64,000 bases of DNA, taken from the NCBI RefSeq assembly GCF_963921235.1, contig NC_086108.1, positions 10,478,001 through 10,542,000 on the forward strand, in the 5' to 3' direction. Below, piece after piece: positions 13,044 through 25,376 of the stretch. The notes under the pieces were generated by a model that worked only from the letters and a program-made list of their open reading frames with translations, was not told the origin of the DNA and searched no databases. Numbering within the stretch: the stretch's first letter is position 1; each line of letters starts with the position of its first letter. The translations under genes and the position numbers were made by a program. Source of the DNA: Mobula hypostoma (lineage: Eukaryota).

Positions 13044-13733
13044 ATGATGTAAAACTGAGACAGCTACACTGACACACATGTTTTGGTCTTGTTGTATACT
13101 GGAAGAGTTCTGGAAGTCAGTTTTTTCTACAATTTCTAAAGCACTTAAAATTAATTTACAACCTAACAAATTAACTGTGCTTTTTGAAATAATTCCTCAA
13201 AATATCCGTGGTATCTCTTTGTCTGACCAACATGTTATTGCATTTGTTACATTGATGGCTAGGAGGGTCATTTTGTTGAAGTGGAAGGATACATCAGCTC
13301 CCACTTTGTCACAATGGTTCTCTCAAGTGATGCTATGTCTTAGTTTGGAGAAAATTAGAAGTCAAACCTTTGAACCCTATGTTTGATTTTGAGAAAAGAT
13401 GGGGTTCATTCGCTCGTTATTAATATTTGAGTTAATTGATAGATTTCCTCCACAATCTAATTGTAAATTTTTGGTACAGTTTTTTCCTTGCTGGCGGTTT
13501 AATGTTTATCTTTAGAAGCTTTTTGTGTGACGCATGGCTCCGGGGTTGTACACCTAATGTGGTTTTTTTTTTCTCACTTTTTCTTGCTTAGTTGGGGTTT
13601 TTTTTTAAATCACCAAAATTTTTTCAATCTTTAAAGTAATTTTTTTTTCTTGAGACATTGTAAGTGTTGCTTACTTCGATGTACTCGTGTTAATTTTGGA
13701 TAATAATAATAATAAAAAGATTTGAAAAGAAAG
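13044..13733 (+). mobile_element. L1 LINE 3' fragment with TSD, inserted in a minus-strand Rex1 tail (12965-14000)
   Basis: HMFWSC..FWKSV...WKDTSAPTLSQW..LSLEKI (L1 ORF2 C-terminus), T-rich UTR, AATAAA, A-rich tail; TSD AAAGAAGTA at 13035-43 and 13734-42; TT/AAAA target. Confidence 0.85.
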
Positions 13734-13742
13734 AAAGAAGTA

Positions 13743-14000
13743 GTGGGGTAGTGTTCATGGATTCAATGTCCATTCAGAAATCGGATGGCAGAGGGGAAGA
13801 AGCTGTTCCTGAATCACTGAGTGCGTGTCTTCAAGCTCCTGTACCTCCTTCCTGATGGTAACAATGAGAAGAGGGCATGTCCTGGGTGATGGAGGTCCTT
13901 AATGATGGAAGCCGCCTTTCTGAGGCAACTCTCCTTGGAAATGTCTTGGACAATATGGAGACTAGTACCCATGATGGTGCTGCTTAATTCAATGACTTGA
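13743..14000 (-). mobile_element. Rex1/Babar 3' fragment
   Basis: KAASIIKDLHHPGHALFSLLPSGRRYRSLKTRT. Confidence 0.85.
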
Positions 14001-14419
14001 ATGGCAACACTGGACCTCATCCTGTTTCACAGTGAGGCCTGAAGACTCTTGTCAAGCCAAAGATGTCTCTGTGTCTTTCACAGTTACCAGGGTGATTAAA
14101 TCACGATAGTCAGCTCAGAGTTAAGTAAATAATGTCACAGTCTGTCATCACCGGCTGATAAGTTAATGAAGCACTGACGGCTGGCCTCTTGAGCAAGTTT
14201 TGATGTTAGAATAAGATCAGGATTAAGAAAGAATATAATATAAGCATGTGATCAATTTTATAATTCTATTTAGACCATTTCTCAATGTCAGGTTTGCTTG
14301 CAATTCAATTGTGAGTGTATTTATATTGATTGGGCCCATTAGATAGCATAAACTGGATCAGTATTAAGATCTGGCAGTTAGGCTTAACCTGTTATCTTCA
14401 ACGCGTGATCTCATTGTAA

Positions 14420-14560
14420 AGCAGAAGAATTGCAGATGCTGGAGGTCTTGAAGTGAAAATGGAAAGAGTGCTGGAGGTACACAGCAGGTCAGGCAGTTGC
14501 TGTGGAGAGGGAAGCGGAATTGGTGTTTTCGGTCGATGGCCCTCCCTGAGAAGTTACAAA
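14420..14560 (-). mobile_element. Degenerate Penelope terminal fragment
   Basis: TGCAGATGCTGG...GCTGGAGG..CAGCAGGTCAGGCAG. Confidence 0.55.
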
Positions 14561-15529
14561 GCAAGTAAACAAGTGTGTGAAGTCGCGGGGAGGTGTTGAT
14601 TTTGTTTTGCCTGTGACAGAATACAGAGCAAGGTTGTTGAGGTGACTCAGTGCTCTCGGGACTTCTCTCGTTAATCAGAGCTGGTCTGTAAGTAGAGCGA
14701 GATGGATGAGGGTTGTTAGGGAAGGCAGCAGCAGTGCTTTGGAACTGTGAGAGTTACTGGAAATCTGAATTAAGAGATGCTGCGGGAAGGAGCCTGCAGA
14801 TGAGGTGGTGGTCAGTAGACCCCGAGCCAGAGCAGAAAACGCCCCTGCCACCCAAATCTGTGCTGAAGAACAATGCCATGTCACGTCCTCTTTTGGTCAT
14901 TCGTGACTGGTGGAATAAGCTGCCAGCTCTGCGCCAGGCATCTTCTCCTCTGGCCCAAGCTCAGCATCTGAACTTCCCGAGTCTGCCCACTTCCCTTTCA
15001 CCCCCTGCCCCTCACCCTTTCACCTCACCATTCATTATTCCCTAGCCGGCTCCATTTGCTAGCCAGACAGGGGTTCTGTATTTACGCACACCCCCTTCAT
15101 CATTACACCTTTAGAACAAAATCATTGGAGGAACTCCTTGGTGAGGAATCAGTCAGTATTGTCCTTCCTACAAGTTCAGATTCATTTATTTATCAAATGT
15201 ACAGTACATGTTAACATACAATAAAACACATTGTTTGCATTAATAACTGACTTAGCGAAGGTTGTGCTGGTGGCTGCCCACAAGTTGCTGCTCATTCCGG
15301 CACCAATATAGGTCTTCATTTGATTCCTTAGGATGACCTAGCTGGTGCCCAATACCTCTTGTGAAGTCAGCATAACTACCGAGCTCTCTCCACTGCTTCC
15401 TCTTCATTTAACAACCAGCGTAACCTAACAATATGTAAAGGGGCAGCCTGCAACTTTCACTACACAGACCAGCGCCAATCCTCAGCAGAACAAGGAAGAG
15501 AAGAAAACAAGATCCTTTTCCTCCCTCTC

Positions 15530-15712
15530 ACCCACACCCACACCCACACACACACACACCCCCACCCACACACACACACCCACATACCCACACACACATA
15601 CCCACACACACACATACCCACACACACACACCCACACACACACCCACACACACACACACACACCCACACACACACACCCACACACCCCCACACACCCCCA
15701 CACACACACACA
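15530..15712. repeat. Imperfect (CA)n/(CACC)n microsatellite
   Basis: Direct reading; explains the Val/Cys-rich ORFs. Confidence 0.95.
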
Positions 15713-17044
15713 ACAGTCCTCCAACTCCAGCACAGGACTCCAGGTCCCTAATCTTCAGCCTCCAGGCTTTGGTCATTGGGCTCTGACTGCCGGACTTTCG
15801 CTCCACCTTCAGGTTTCAGTCTTCGGTATTGACCCCCGGACAAGTCAGTGATGGGACCCTGAATTCCAGACTCACTGGAGCGTGCTGACTGACTGACCCT
15901 CATGCCTCCTGCTGACACAGACATCCAATGCCAGGACCCACTGACTTGGGACAGCCTGACACCCACAGATGTTCTTTGTCACCCATCCATCTTACCGTCC
16001 TTCAAGTGTGGAGTAGAGTCTTAGATCGCTGACATCCTTCGTCACATGTCCACATCACTGGACTTTGAATGTGAACTGCAGCCTGACCTCTAACTCCTTC
16101 ACATCCTGTCCCTAAACTTAACTCCCCTCTGTGTCCAGAAAACATCCCTATGAACTTAAAAATCGACTTCTGTAAGTCTGAGCCAGAACCTTGATGGAGA
16201 CCGCAGATCGATACCACCTTGGCTGGCCATTATTTAACTCGGCCAGGATTGCATTACTTTCAGTATAGGTGAGAGGCCGCACGGTGTATGAATCAAAGCT
16301 CTAGAGGAACAGAGCAGGTTAGCGGTAGCTGTGGTGGGAGAGGGATGTCAATGCTCCGGGGGCAGGAAAGGGATGAGTAGAAGTGAAGAGGGTGAGGCGA
16401 TAGGAGGAGGCAGGGGAGGGGGAGTGATGAAGCCATGGGGAAGGGAGAGGGACATAAAAAGGGCGGGAGAAGGCGGGAGTAGCAATGGATTACAGGGGGA
16501 GTGGGTTACCTGATTTCACAACATTACTTGAAGTTTGGCCTTTGCTCTAGCATCTGCTGCCTTGTGATTTCCCCCATAACCATGCGATGCTGGGTTACCG
16601 TAAGAACTGAGTGGATTAGCCAGATGCCTGCACGTCTAAACGCCCTGCGTACGGAGGAATGTGGTCATGCACATTGAATGTGTGTTGCGATTGTCTCTAG
16701 TGTCCCTAATGGTGGGGCATGGTGGGTGGAATCCAACATGCCTGTGTTGAGGTACAAGACCATGAGACCATAAAGTAGAGGTGCAGAATTAGGCCATTTG
16801 GCCCATTGAGTCTGTTCCATCATAACTGATCCATTTTCCTCTCAGCCCCAATCTCCTGCCTTCTCCCTCAAACCTCTCATGCCAGGGGATCGGAGGAGAG
16901 GGCTTCTGCGGCCAACGCATGGACATCTGCTGGATGGGGTGTACCCAGTGAGGAAAGACCTTACATGTCTATTCAGGGGTTACATCACACCACCCCCCCC
17001 CCGCTCTTCAAAACAGATCCACAGTATAACAAAACACAGGAACA

Positions 17045-18140
17045 GACCATAAAATACAGGAACAGAATTAGTCCATTCGGCCCATCTAGTCTGCTCTACT
17101 CATCATAGCTGACTTCTTAGCCCTCTCAACACCATTCTCCTGCATTCTTTCCATAACCTCTGACACCCTTGTTGAGGGTCCCTTTCACCCATCCCACAGT
17201 CTCTTTGACACACTACCGTCAGGAAGGAGAAATGGGAGTATCAGGAACAGGACAAGGACTGCCAAACTAGATAGCAGCTTCTTCCCTCGTTGTGAGACTT
17301 ATCAGTACCCTGCTACCACTGAGATCTCGTCATGAGGTCGGTGAAATATTTACTCTTTACCTGTGCTTTGCACTATATGCATTTTGAATTATACTTTAGT
17401 GACTTATTTGTGGTAATAGTTATGCGTGATATATGTTTTATGGATGTGCCATGATCCAGATGAACGTTGTTTCGTTTGGTTGTGTATGCATACGTACAGT
17501 CAGATAACTATAAACTTCAATTACTAATTAAGAAATAATCAACCTCTACTCGGCTTCCACTGCCGCCTGTGGCAAGGAATTCCCCAGATTCACCACCCAC
17601 TGGCCGAAAATACGTTCCTCCTTATCTCTGTTCTATAGGGACAACCTTCTATTCTGAGGCAATGCCCTCTGGTCCTAGACTCTCCCACTGTTAGAAGCAT
17701 CCTCTCCATTTCCAGTCTACCTATGCCTTTCGATATTCGATAGGTTTCAACCAAAGCCCGATCTGCCATCTGGAACGACCTGTCCTGAATGCGGAAGAAC
17801 TTTCAGAGCCAAGATCGGACTTATAAGCCACTTGAGATCAACAAAACGAAGACCATCATCCTCGACCTCGAGGGATAGCCACGACGAGGTTTCAATGAGA
17901 TTCACCACCCCCACAACCATCCTTTTAAACTCTAGTGAGTACAGGCCCAGAGCCAACAACTGCTCCTCACACATTAACCCTTTCATTCCTGGGATCATAT
18001 TCGTAAACCTCCTCTGTACCCTCTCCCAATCCAGCACATCCTTCCTTAGATGTGAGGTTCATAACTGCTCACAACATTCCAAGTGTGGTCTGACCAATGC
18101 CTTATGAAACTTAAACATTACATCCTTGCTTACATATTCC
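17045..18140 (-). mobile_element. CR1 3' fragment with nested Rex1 (17175-17520, +) and RTE tail (17751-17886, +)
   Basis: ERVQRRFTNMIPGMKGL..GLYSLEF on minus; host collinear across both inserts. Confidence 0.8.
17751..17886 (+). mobile_element. 136-bp 5'-truncated RTE-clade insertion
   Basis: TCPECGRTFRAKIGLISHLR C-terminal zinc motif, (ACG)n tail, TSD AGGTTTCAA at 17742-50 and 17887-95. Confidence 0.8.
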
Positions 18141-18689
18141 AGTCCTCAAGTCCCCTTCAGGCATCTTTTGCTGAGCTACACATCTGTGATTAGGTTCTGA
18201 TGCCATCAATAGATTTGCAAGGTTGAGCTGACTTTTGAGGGTTTCAGATCTGGCCAGTTTTTTAGGGTCTATAGACAATCTTCTCTCAAGGTTTCTGTCC
18301 ATTGATGTTTGTTGGGAAGCAAAGTTCCTCAGGATTCTATTATTGAATGACTGCTCGTGCTTAGGTATAGGTGGAATGTTGGCTGGAGAAAGAGATGGAG
18401 AAAGGTCTTTCCATGGTGCAAGAGCAGATTGGAGCCTTCGTAGAATCCAGGAAATTGAAATATTTCAGCCTCACTACTCAGCTCTCATTTGGCTTGCTGC
18501 CCAGTAACACTCCCAGGCAGTCAGGACCTTTATTGTGGAATTGGCCTGTTTCTCTAACACTGCACAGTAGCACAGTAGGTAATGATAAGGAAGGACTAAG
18601 TGATGCCTCAGCCATCATATGCAATGCACAGTGCACGTTACTGAGGTGAGTCCCTGTGCAATGGAGGCAGAGTTAGAGATCTGGTTTCA

Positions 18690-20890
18690 GGTCCCACCCT
18701 CACCTCCTCAACCCTTCCTCTCCTCCTCATCTACTCCTCACCACTGCATCCATCTTCACCTCCTTATTTCTTCCTCAACTGCTCATCTCCTTCTTCCCAA
18801 CATCAATTTCTCCTCATCCTCTCCTCCCCTCCTCATCCCCTCTTCCACTCCTCAACCCTTCCTCTCCTCCTCATCTACACCTCACCACCGCATCCCTCTT
18901 CACCTCCTCATTTCTTCCTCAGCTGATTATCTCCTATTTCCCAACCTCAATTCCTCCTCATCCCCTCCTCACCTTCCCATTTCCTCCTTCCAAACCTCAC
19001 CTCATCTCATCCCCTTCTGCACCTCCTGCTCAAACCGCATACTCCTTACAACCTTCCATCCTCACCTCTCATCCCCACCCTCATCTCATCACATTCCCAC
19101 CCTCAATCTCAACTCCTTATCCTCTCATCCTCTATTCCTTATCCCTACCCTCATCTGCTCACATCCCTCCACCTTCACCTCCTCAGATCCCTCTCACTCA
19201 CATCCTCACATTCCTCACCCTCACTTCCTCACATCCCTTCATCTCATCTTCATCCCTTACCCTCACATCCCCACTGTCAACTTCATTCCTCAACCACAAC
19301 TCCTCATCCCTCACCCTTCTCACATACCCATCCTTGCCTCCTCACATCCCTCATCCTCACCTCCTCATCCCTATCCTCAGCTCCTCAGATCCATCACCCT
19401 CACCTCCTCATACCCCTCATCCTCAGCTCCTCACACCCCTCGGCCTCACTTCTTCACATCCATTATTCCTTACCCTCAGCTCCTCAGATCCATCACTGTC
19501 AGCTCCTCACATCCCTCACCCTCAACACACCCTCATTCCTTAACCTCAGCTCTTCACATCCCTCAACCTCACCTTCTCACATACCCCTCACACTCACCTC
19601 CTTACGTACCTCTAAGCTACAGCCCTCATCCTCACCTTCTCACACCCTTCCAACCTCACCTCTTCCACATCCCTCATCCTCACCTCCTCACATCCCTCAC
19701 CATCATCCCCTCCTCATTCCTCACCCTCAGCTGTTCAGATCGCTCACCTTCACCTTCTCATCCCTCACCCTTACCTCTTAACCCTCACCTCACATCCCTC
19801 ACCCTCAGCTCCTCACATCCCTCAACCTCAACTCCCCTCATCTTTTAATCACAGCTCTTCACATCCCTCAACCTCACCTTCTCACATACTCCTCACACTC
19901 ACCTCCTTACATACTCCTCACTCTCATCCCTTATCCTCACCTCCTCACGTACCCCTCACACTCACCTCTTCACATCTCTCACCCTAACCTCCTCATCCCT
20001 CATTCTCAGTGTTGTAATGTGAGCATTATTAAAAGTAAGTTAATACTAATTAGGATAATGGGTGGGGGGTTTTACTTCTGGTGGGCTTTGTACATAATGT
20101 GCCTGGCATGCTGTATGGGTTGGGAAGGCCTCTGTATATACATAACGTTTTGAAGTTTGAGATAAAGTTGTTTCTTGGGCATGAAGTTGTCAAGTGTGCC
20201 TTTTTCAAAGTAGAAGTTACTACACTCACCTCCTCACATCCCTCCAAACTCACCTGCTCCTCATCCCTCACCCTCAGTTCATCACATTCCTCACCCTCAC
20301 CTCACATCTCTCATCCTCACCTGACATCCCTCACCCTCAGCTCCTCACATCCTTCACCCTCAACTCCCCCTCATCCGTTAACCTCAGTTCTTCACAACCC
20401 TTCACCCTCACCTCACATCCCTCACTCTCAGCTCCTCACACCCCTCACCCTCAGCTCCTCACATCCCTCACCCTCACATCTCTCATCTTCATACACCCTT
20501 ATCTCCTCATCCCTCAACCTTAATTCCTGACATCTCTCATTTTCACTTCCTCATCCTCCACCCTCGCCCCCTCACATCCCTCACCCCTTCCTCATCCTTC
20601 ACCCTCAGCTCTTCACATCTCTCACTCTCACCTCCTCACATCCCTCCCCTTCACTTCCACACATCCCTCACGCACAGCTACTCTCATCCTTCCTCCTGCA
20701 TCTGCTCCTCATCTGTCACCCTTACCTCCTCACATCCCTCACCCTCAGCTCCCCACATCCTTCTCCTCATCCCCACCATCACTCTCACCTTCTCCTCCCA
20801 TCTCCTGATCTCCACCTCGTTCCTTTTCCCAGTCAGTGAACTTCCACACCTCCCCCACCCCATCCTACCACATTCCTCAGTGCATCATCA
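18690..20890. repeat. G-poor low-complexity CCTCA/CCT-rich degenerate tandem array
   Basis: ~2 kb of CCTCACATCCCTCACCCTCA-like units; the 409-aa His/Pro/Ser ORF is a by-product. Confidence 0.9.
20010..20224. mobile_element. Short solo LTR
   Basis: TGTTGTAA...TTACTACA inverted termini, flanks CTCAG/CTCAC, abrupt composition change inside the CT-rich array. Confidence 0.6.
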
Positions 20891-21029
20891 GCCTTCCTTC
20901 CACCTGACCTCCTCAGTTAGGGATTGTGGATGGGGGTGGGGGCGGACTCTGTTGAGACCAGTAAACTCTGAGGGGCTTCAATCATCAGAACCCATCCCTG
21001 TCCTATCACAGCAGACAAGCCTCAATAGA

Positions 21030-21335
21030 GAGGATGGTTGGGTAGTCTAGGACCAGAGAGCGCAGTCTCAAAAGAAAAGGGTATCCATTTAGAACAGAGA
21101 AAGGGAGGAATTTTTTTAGCCAGAGAGTGGTGAATCTGTGGAATTTGTTGCCACAGGCAGCTGTGGAGGCCAAGTCATAGTGAATATTTAAGGCAGAGGT
21201 TGATTGATCTTTGATTAGTCAGGTCACAGAGGGATACGAGGAGAAGGCAGGAGATTGGGGCCGAGATGGAAATTGGATCAGCCATGACTCAATGGGCCAA
21301 ATGGCCTAATTCTGCTCTTATATCTTATAGTCTTA
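21030..21335 (+). mobile_element. CR1 3' end
   Basis: TCTAGGACCAGAG...GTGGTGAATCTGTGG...GGCCTAATTCTGCTC. Confidence 0.8.
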
Positions 21336-21449
21336 CCCCAAATGCCCAGGGGACTACATTTACCAATTAATTGCAAACCGGCTTGGGCAGTGAGGTGGGG
21401 CAGGGTAGTCGGGGATATATTTTTGAAACTAACCTAGTTAATCTAGCAA

Positions 21450-21690
21450 ACTCAGGAGAATCTGCAGATGCTGGAAATCCAGAGCAACACACACAAAACA
21501 CTGGAGGAACACAGCAGGTCTGGCAGCATCTATGGAGAGAAGCTAACAGTCGAGGTTTTGGGCTGAGACCCTTCATCAGAACTGAACAGGAAGGGGGAAG
21601 AAACCGGAATAAGAAGGAATCGGGGGAGAGGAAGGAGAACAAGCTAGCAGGTGATATATGAAGCCAGCTGAGGGAGAAGGCAGATGGTTG
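21450..21690 (-). mobile_element. Penelope terminal fragment with decayed hammerhead (21547-21584)
   Basis: TCTGCAGATGCTGGAAATCC...CCCTTCATCAG. Confidence 0.75.
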
Positions 21691-21814
21691 GGTTTTCTGT
21701 TGACTCTGGGATTGGGCTGTACTGCTACTGAAGTAGAGCCCACCTGCACCTGCGTAATAAATGACCTCAAGGGCCAGTAGTTCAGTGGCTGAGATCCTCA
21801 TTCTTCACAGACAG

Positions 21815-22150
21815 CCATGAAACACAGAAAAAAACAAAACAAAAATGAATGACAAAAAAACTTCCGAGCCCCAAAGCCCACCCACCTCCTATACACATGC
21901 AGCAGAGAAAGCATCAACCTTTCCCCCTACCCCCCTTGCTTCGGCAGAATCTGTTCTCCTACCACCCACCATGCAAGTAATAGCAAAGCCTGCCCCAGAG
22001 ACCACAATCTAGAGTCTATCAAAGATTACTGTTCATCCTAACGCTTCGATATCTCAACAGGCTCTTTCTGTCACTAAAGCGGGAGAGAGAAAGATATCGC
22101 CCTGCCACAGTGAGAGGGGAGGCCAACAGCTTGCTGTGTCGACGTTATAC
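21815..22150 (-). mobile_element. Fragment related to the 32533-33265 retroposon family
   Basis: CACAG.GAGAGGGGAG..CAAC..CTTGCTG block shared with 32880-32925. Confidence 0.45.
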
Positions 22151-22284
22151 TGTTATCAATCTCCAGCTGTCATGAGTTGTATGTACCCCTATAACCTAAC
22201 CAATCACACTTATTCAATCTCAAGACACCGAATGGTTTGTAACAGGGTTACCAAAGCGCAGATTTGAAAAATGATGTCCAGTTG

Positions 22285-22480
22285 TTCTTCTCTGCGCCTT
22301 GTGGTGCATCAGGTGCAACCCTGGCATTTCCTTAGCATTTTTGACTGTTTTTTACAAGGCTGCATTGTTAGCTCGATGCTCAACCCAGCACTGATGGAAA
22401 ACGCGCAAGGAGCCGGCCGGATTCGAACCTGGAACACTCGCCTCGAAGTCCGGTGCAGGTGCCACTACCACACCGGCCAG
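22285..22480 (-). mobile_element. tRNA-derived SINE with RTE-like body
   Basis: Minus strand A-box-like GGTGTGGTAGTGG, B box GGTTCGAATCC, then CTGGGTTGAGCATCGAGCTAAC..TGTAAAAAA. Confidence 0.75.
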
Positions 22481-23096
22481 TTCCCTCTCATCGTGCAGAT
22501 GGATTAAAGTCTCACCATAAGAGCCGATCCTTGCAGTGGCCCCTTTTAATGTCTCTGTGCCTGAATTCACTCATATTACTTTCTTCCCAATTTTAAATCA
22601 CATTTTCACATCAATCTGGTTTCAAACAGAACAATTGAAAAAAAATCTCAATGATTGAAGAAATGGGAAGATAACAAATAAATCTCTCTTCAACATCTTC
22701 CACACTCACCACTCAATCCACTCTCATCTCTGTACATATTCCTACCTAATTACCGGTGTCTAACCGAGGTGTCAGTTTCATTATCCCAGCCCTCGAAGCT
22801 TTGAAGTTGTTTCCTGGTTACAGTGAAGCATCGGATAAAACATTCATAGCCGAGGAAGGAAGGCAGAGAGTGGAATGAAATTCAGAAGCCCATGTGAACC
22901 ATTATCACTTGAGCTTTGTGTAACATACATTCACAACCTCCGCCCACATGTTGCTGGGTGCTGTTGACGCACTCGTGGAACTCAATGCCACAGACATCTG
23001 TAGCGGCCGAGTCATTGGGGTATATAAGTTCATGTTTACTGAAGTTTATTGTCACCTGATATCCAAATGAAACACTGATCCTCTGGACCACGGTGC

Positions 23097-23470
23097 ATGA
23101 ACATTGACTTCTCTAACTCCCCCTCGTACCCCATCCATTATTACCCATCCTCTGGGCTTCCCCCCTCCCCCTTTCTTTCTTCCCGGACCTCCTGTCCCAT
23201 GATCCTCTCATATCCCCTTTGCCAATCACCTGTCCAGCTCTTGGCTCCATCCCTCCCCCTCCTGTCTTCTCCTATCATTTTGGATCTCCCCCTCCCCCTC
23301 CAACTTTCAAATCTCTTACTAACTCTTCCTTCAGTTAGTCCTGACGAAGGGTCTCAGCCGAAATATCGACTGTACCTATTCCTATAGATGCTGTCTGGCC
23401 TGCTGCATTCACCAGCAACTTTTGTGTGTGTTGCTTGAAATTCCAGCATCTGCAGATTTCCTTGTGTTTC
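23097..23470 (+). mobile_element. Penelope 3' end with hammerhead-like motif (23336-23372)
   Basis: MNIDFSN ORF end; AGTC CTGACGA AGGGTCTCAGCC GAAA TATC GACT; close relative of 40775-41230. Confidence 0.85.
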
Positions 23471-23474
23471 GAGG

Positions 23475-25070
23475 CTATATAAGGCTCTGGTGAAGCCTCA
23501 GTTGGAGTATTATGAGCAGTTTTGTCGCCTTATCTAAGAAAGGATGTGCTGACATTGGAGATGATTCAGGGACGTACATGAAAATGATTCCAGGATTGAA
23601 AGGCTCATCATATGAGGAACATTTGATGGCTCTGGCCCAGTTCTCACTGGAATTCCAAAGAATGAGGGGGGATCTCATTGAAACCTATTGAATGTTGAAA
23701 GGTCTTGGTAGAGTGGATGTGGAGAGGATGTTTCCTCTGGTGGGGAGTCTAGGACCAGAGGACACAGCCTCAGAATAGAGGGGTGTCCATTTAGAATGGA
23801 GATGAGGAGGAATTTCTTTAGCCAGAGGGTAGTGAATCTGTGGAGTTTGTTGCCAGGGCAGCTGTGGAGGCAAGGTCGTTGGGTGGAGTAAAGCATAGCA
23901 CAGGTGAACAGTAAACAGCTCACTGTTTGTACCAAGATCTCAGTGATGGCAAGGTAGTCATTGGTCTCTCAGCCTGAGGGAAGAAGCTGTTACCCAGACT
24001 AACAGTCCTAGTCCTGATGCTCCTGCATCTCCTTCCTGATGGTAGTGGGTGAAAGAGGTTGTGAGATGGATGGCAGGTTTCCTCAACAATGCTTCGGGCC
24101 TTTGTATACAACGCTCCGGATAAATTTCACAAATGGGGGGAGGGAGAGCCGGTGGTTTTTACCCTCCTCTGTAGGGTCTTGTGGTCTGATGCTTGCAGCT
24201 TCCATACCACACACTGATGAAGACAGGTAGGGTGCTCTCGATGATGTTCCAGGAGAAAGTTGTTAGAATGGGGGTGTGAAACTTTGCACGCCTCAACCTC
24301 TCAGGAAGTTCAGATGCTCCTGTGTCTTCTTGGCTTGTGAGGCCATTGTGGGTCCAGGTTAGATCAGCCATTATGTGCACACCACGCAACTTTGTGCTCT
24401 TCACCCTCTCCACGGCAGAGCTATTCATATGCAATGGAGAATGGTTGACCTGTGCCTTCCTGAAGTTCACAATCTTCTCTTTTGTCTTGTCTGCACTGAG
24501 ACTCAGCTTGTTGTTCTCACACCACTTGACAAACCTCCCTACCTCCTCTCTGTATGCCAACTCATCATCGTTTCTGCTGAGGCCAACCACTGCAGAACCA
24601 TCAGTAAAGTTGATGGTGCAGTTTGATCTGAATCCAATCAATAATCAGTGCAGTCATGAATCAACAGAGTGAACAGCAGTGGGCTGAGCACACAACCCTG
24701 GGGCGGGCACCAATACTCATTGTCATGAGATTGAGTTAATGCTCTCAACTCAGACTGACTGGCATCTTTCACCAAGACGTCCAAGAACCAGTTACAGAGA
24801 AGGTGTATTGAATCCCAACAAAGACAATTTACCCACCAGCCTTGGAAGGATGATCGTGTCAAACGCTAAGCTGAATTTGATGAAAAACATCCTGGCATAT
24901 GAGATTTAAAGCCGAGATCGATAGGTTCTTGATTAGCCAGGTTATCAAAGTGTATGGAGAGAAGGCAAGAGAATAAGGTTGAGAGGGATAATAAATCAGC
25001 CATGACGGACTGGCAGAGTAGAATTGATGGGTTGAATGGCCCGATTCTGTTCCTTTGTCTCATGGTCTTT
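23475..25070 (+). mobile_element. CR1 3' fragment split by a minus-strand Rex1 RT fragment (23885-24900)
   Basis: CR1 collinear across insert; Rex1 motifs PQGCVLSPLLFTL, AYREEV..WC, LPSGRR. Confidence 0.85.
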
Positions 25071-25376
25071 CAGGGGGTCATCACTGACGATGTCTTCATG
25101 CTGTGAACCCTCTCTTGTCCTGCTGCTTGTCGAGAAAATTAAGCCTGTGCTTAATACAGCTGTGGGATCTTCCTGTTCTCCCCAGCCATCTCCTTTCTCA
25201 CTGAGTCCTCAGTCCTGGTGTCAAAAACAAAGTCTGCTGTTTATAAGGTGCCTCTAAGGTACTGAATTAAATAAAACCATCATAAGATATAGGAGCAGAA
25301 TTAGGCCATTTGGCCCATCGAGTCTGCTCTTCCATCTTATCATAGCTGATTCACTTTCACTCTCAGCCTCAGTCTC

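Noticed and set aside
15460..15806. Val/Cys-rich ORFs
   Set aside because: (CA)n microsatellite
18619..19848. 409-aa His/Pro/Ser-rich ORF
   Set aside because: Arises from a G-poor simple repeat with few stop codons; no domain
22405..22480. tRNA gene
   Set aside because: A/B boxes present but no clean cloverleaf and continues into a SINE body; same for 42147, 59010, 60647
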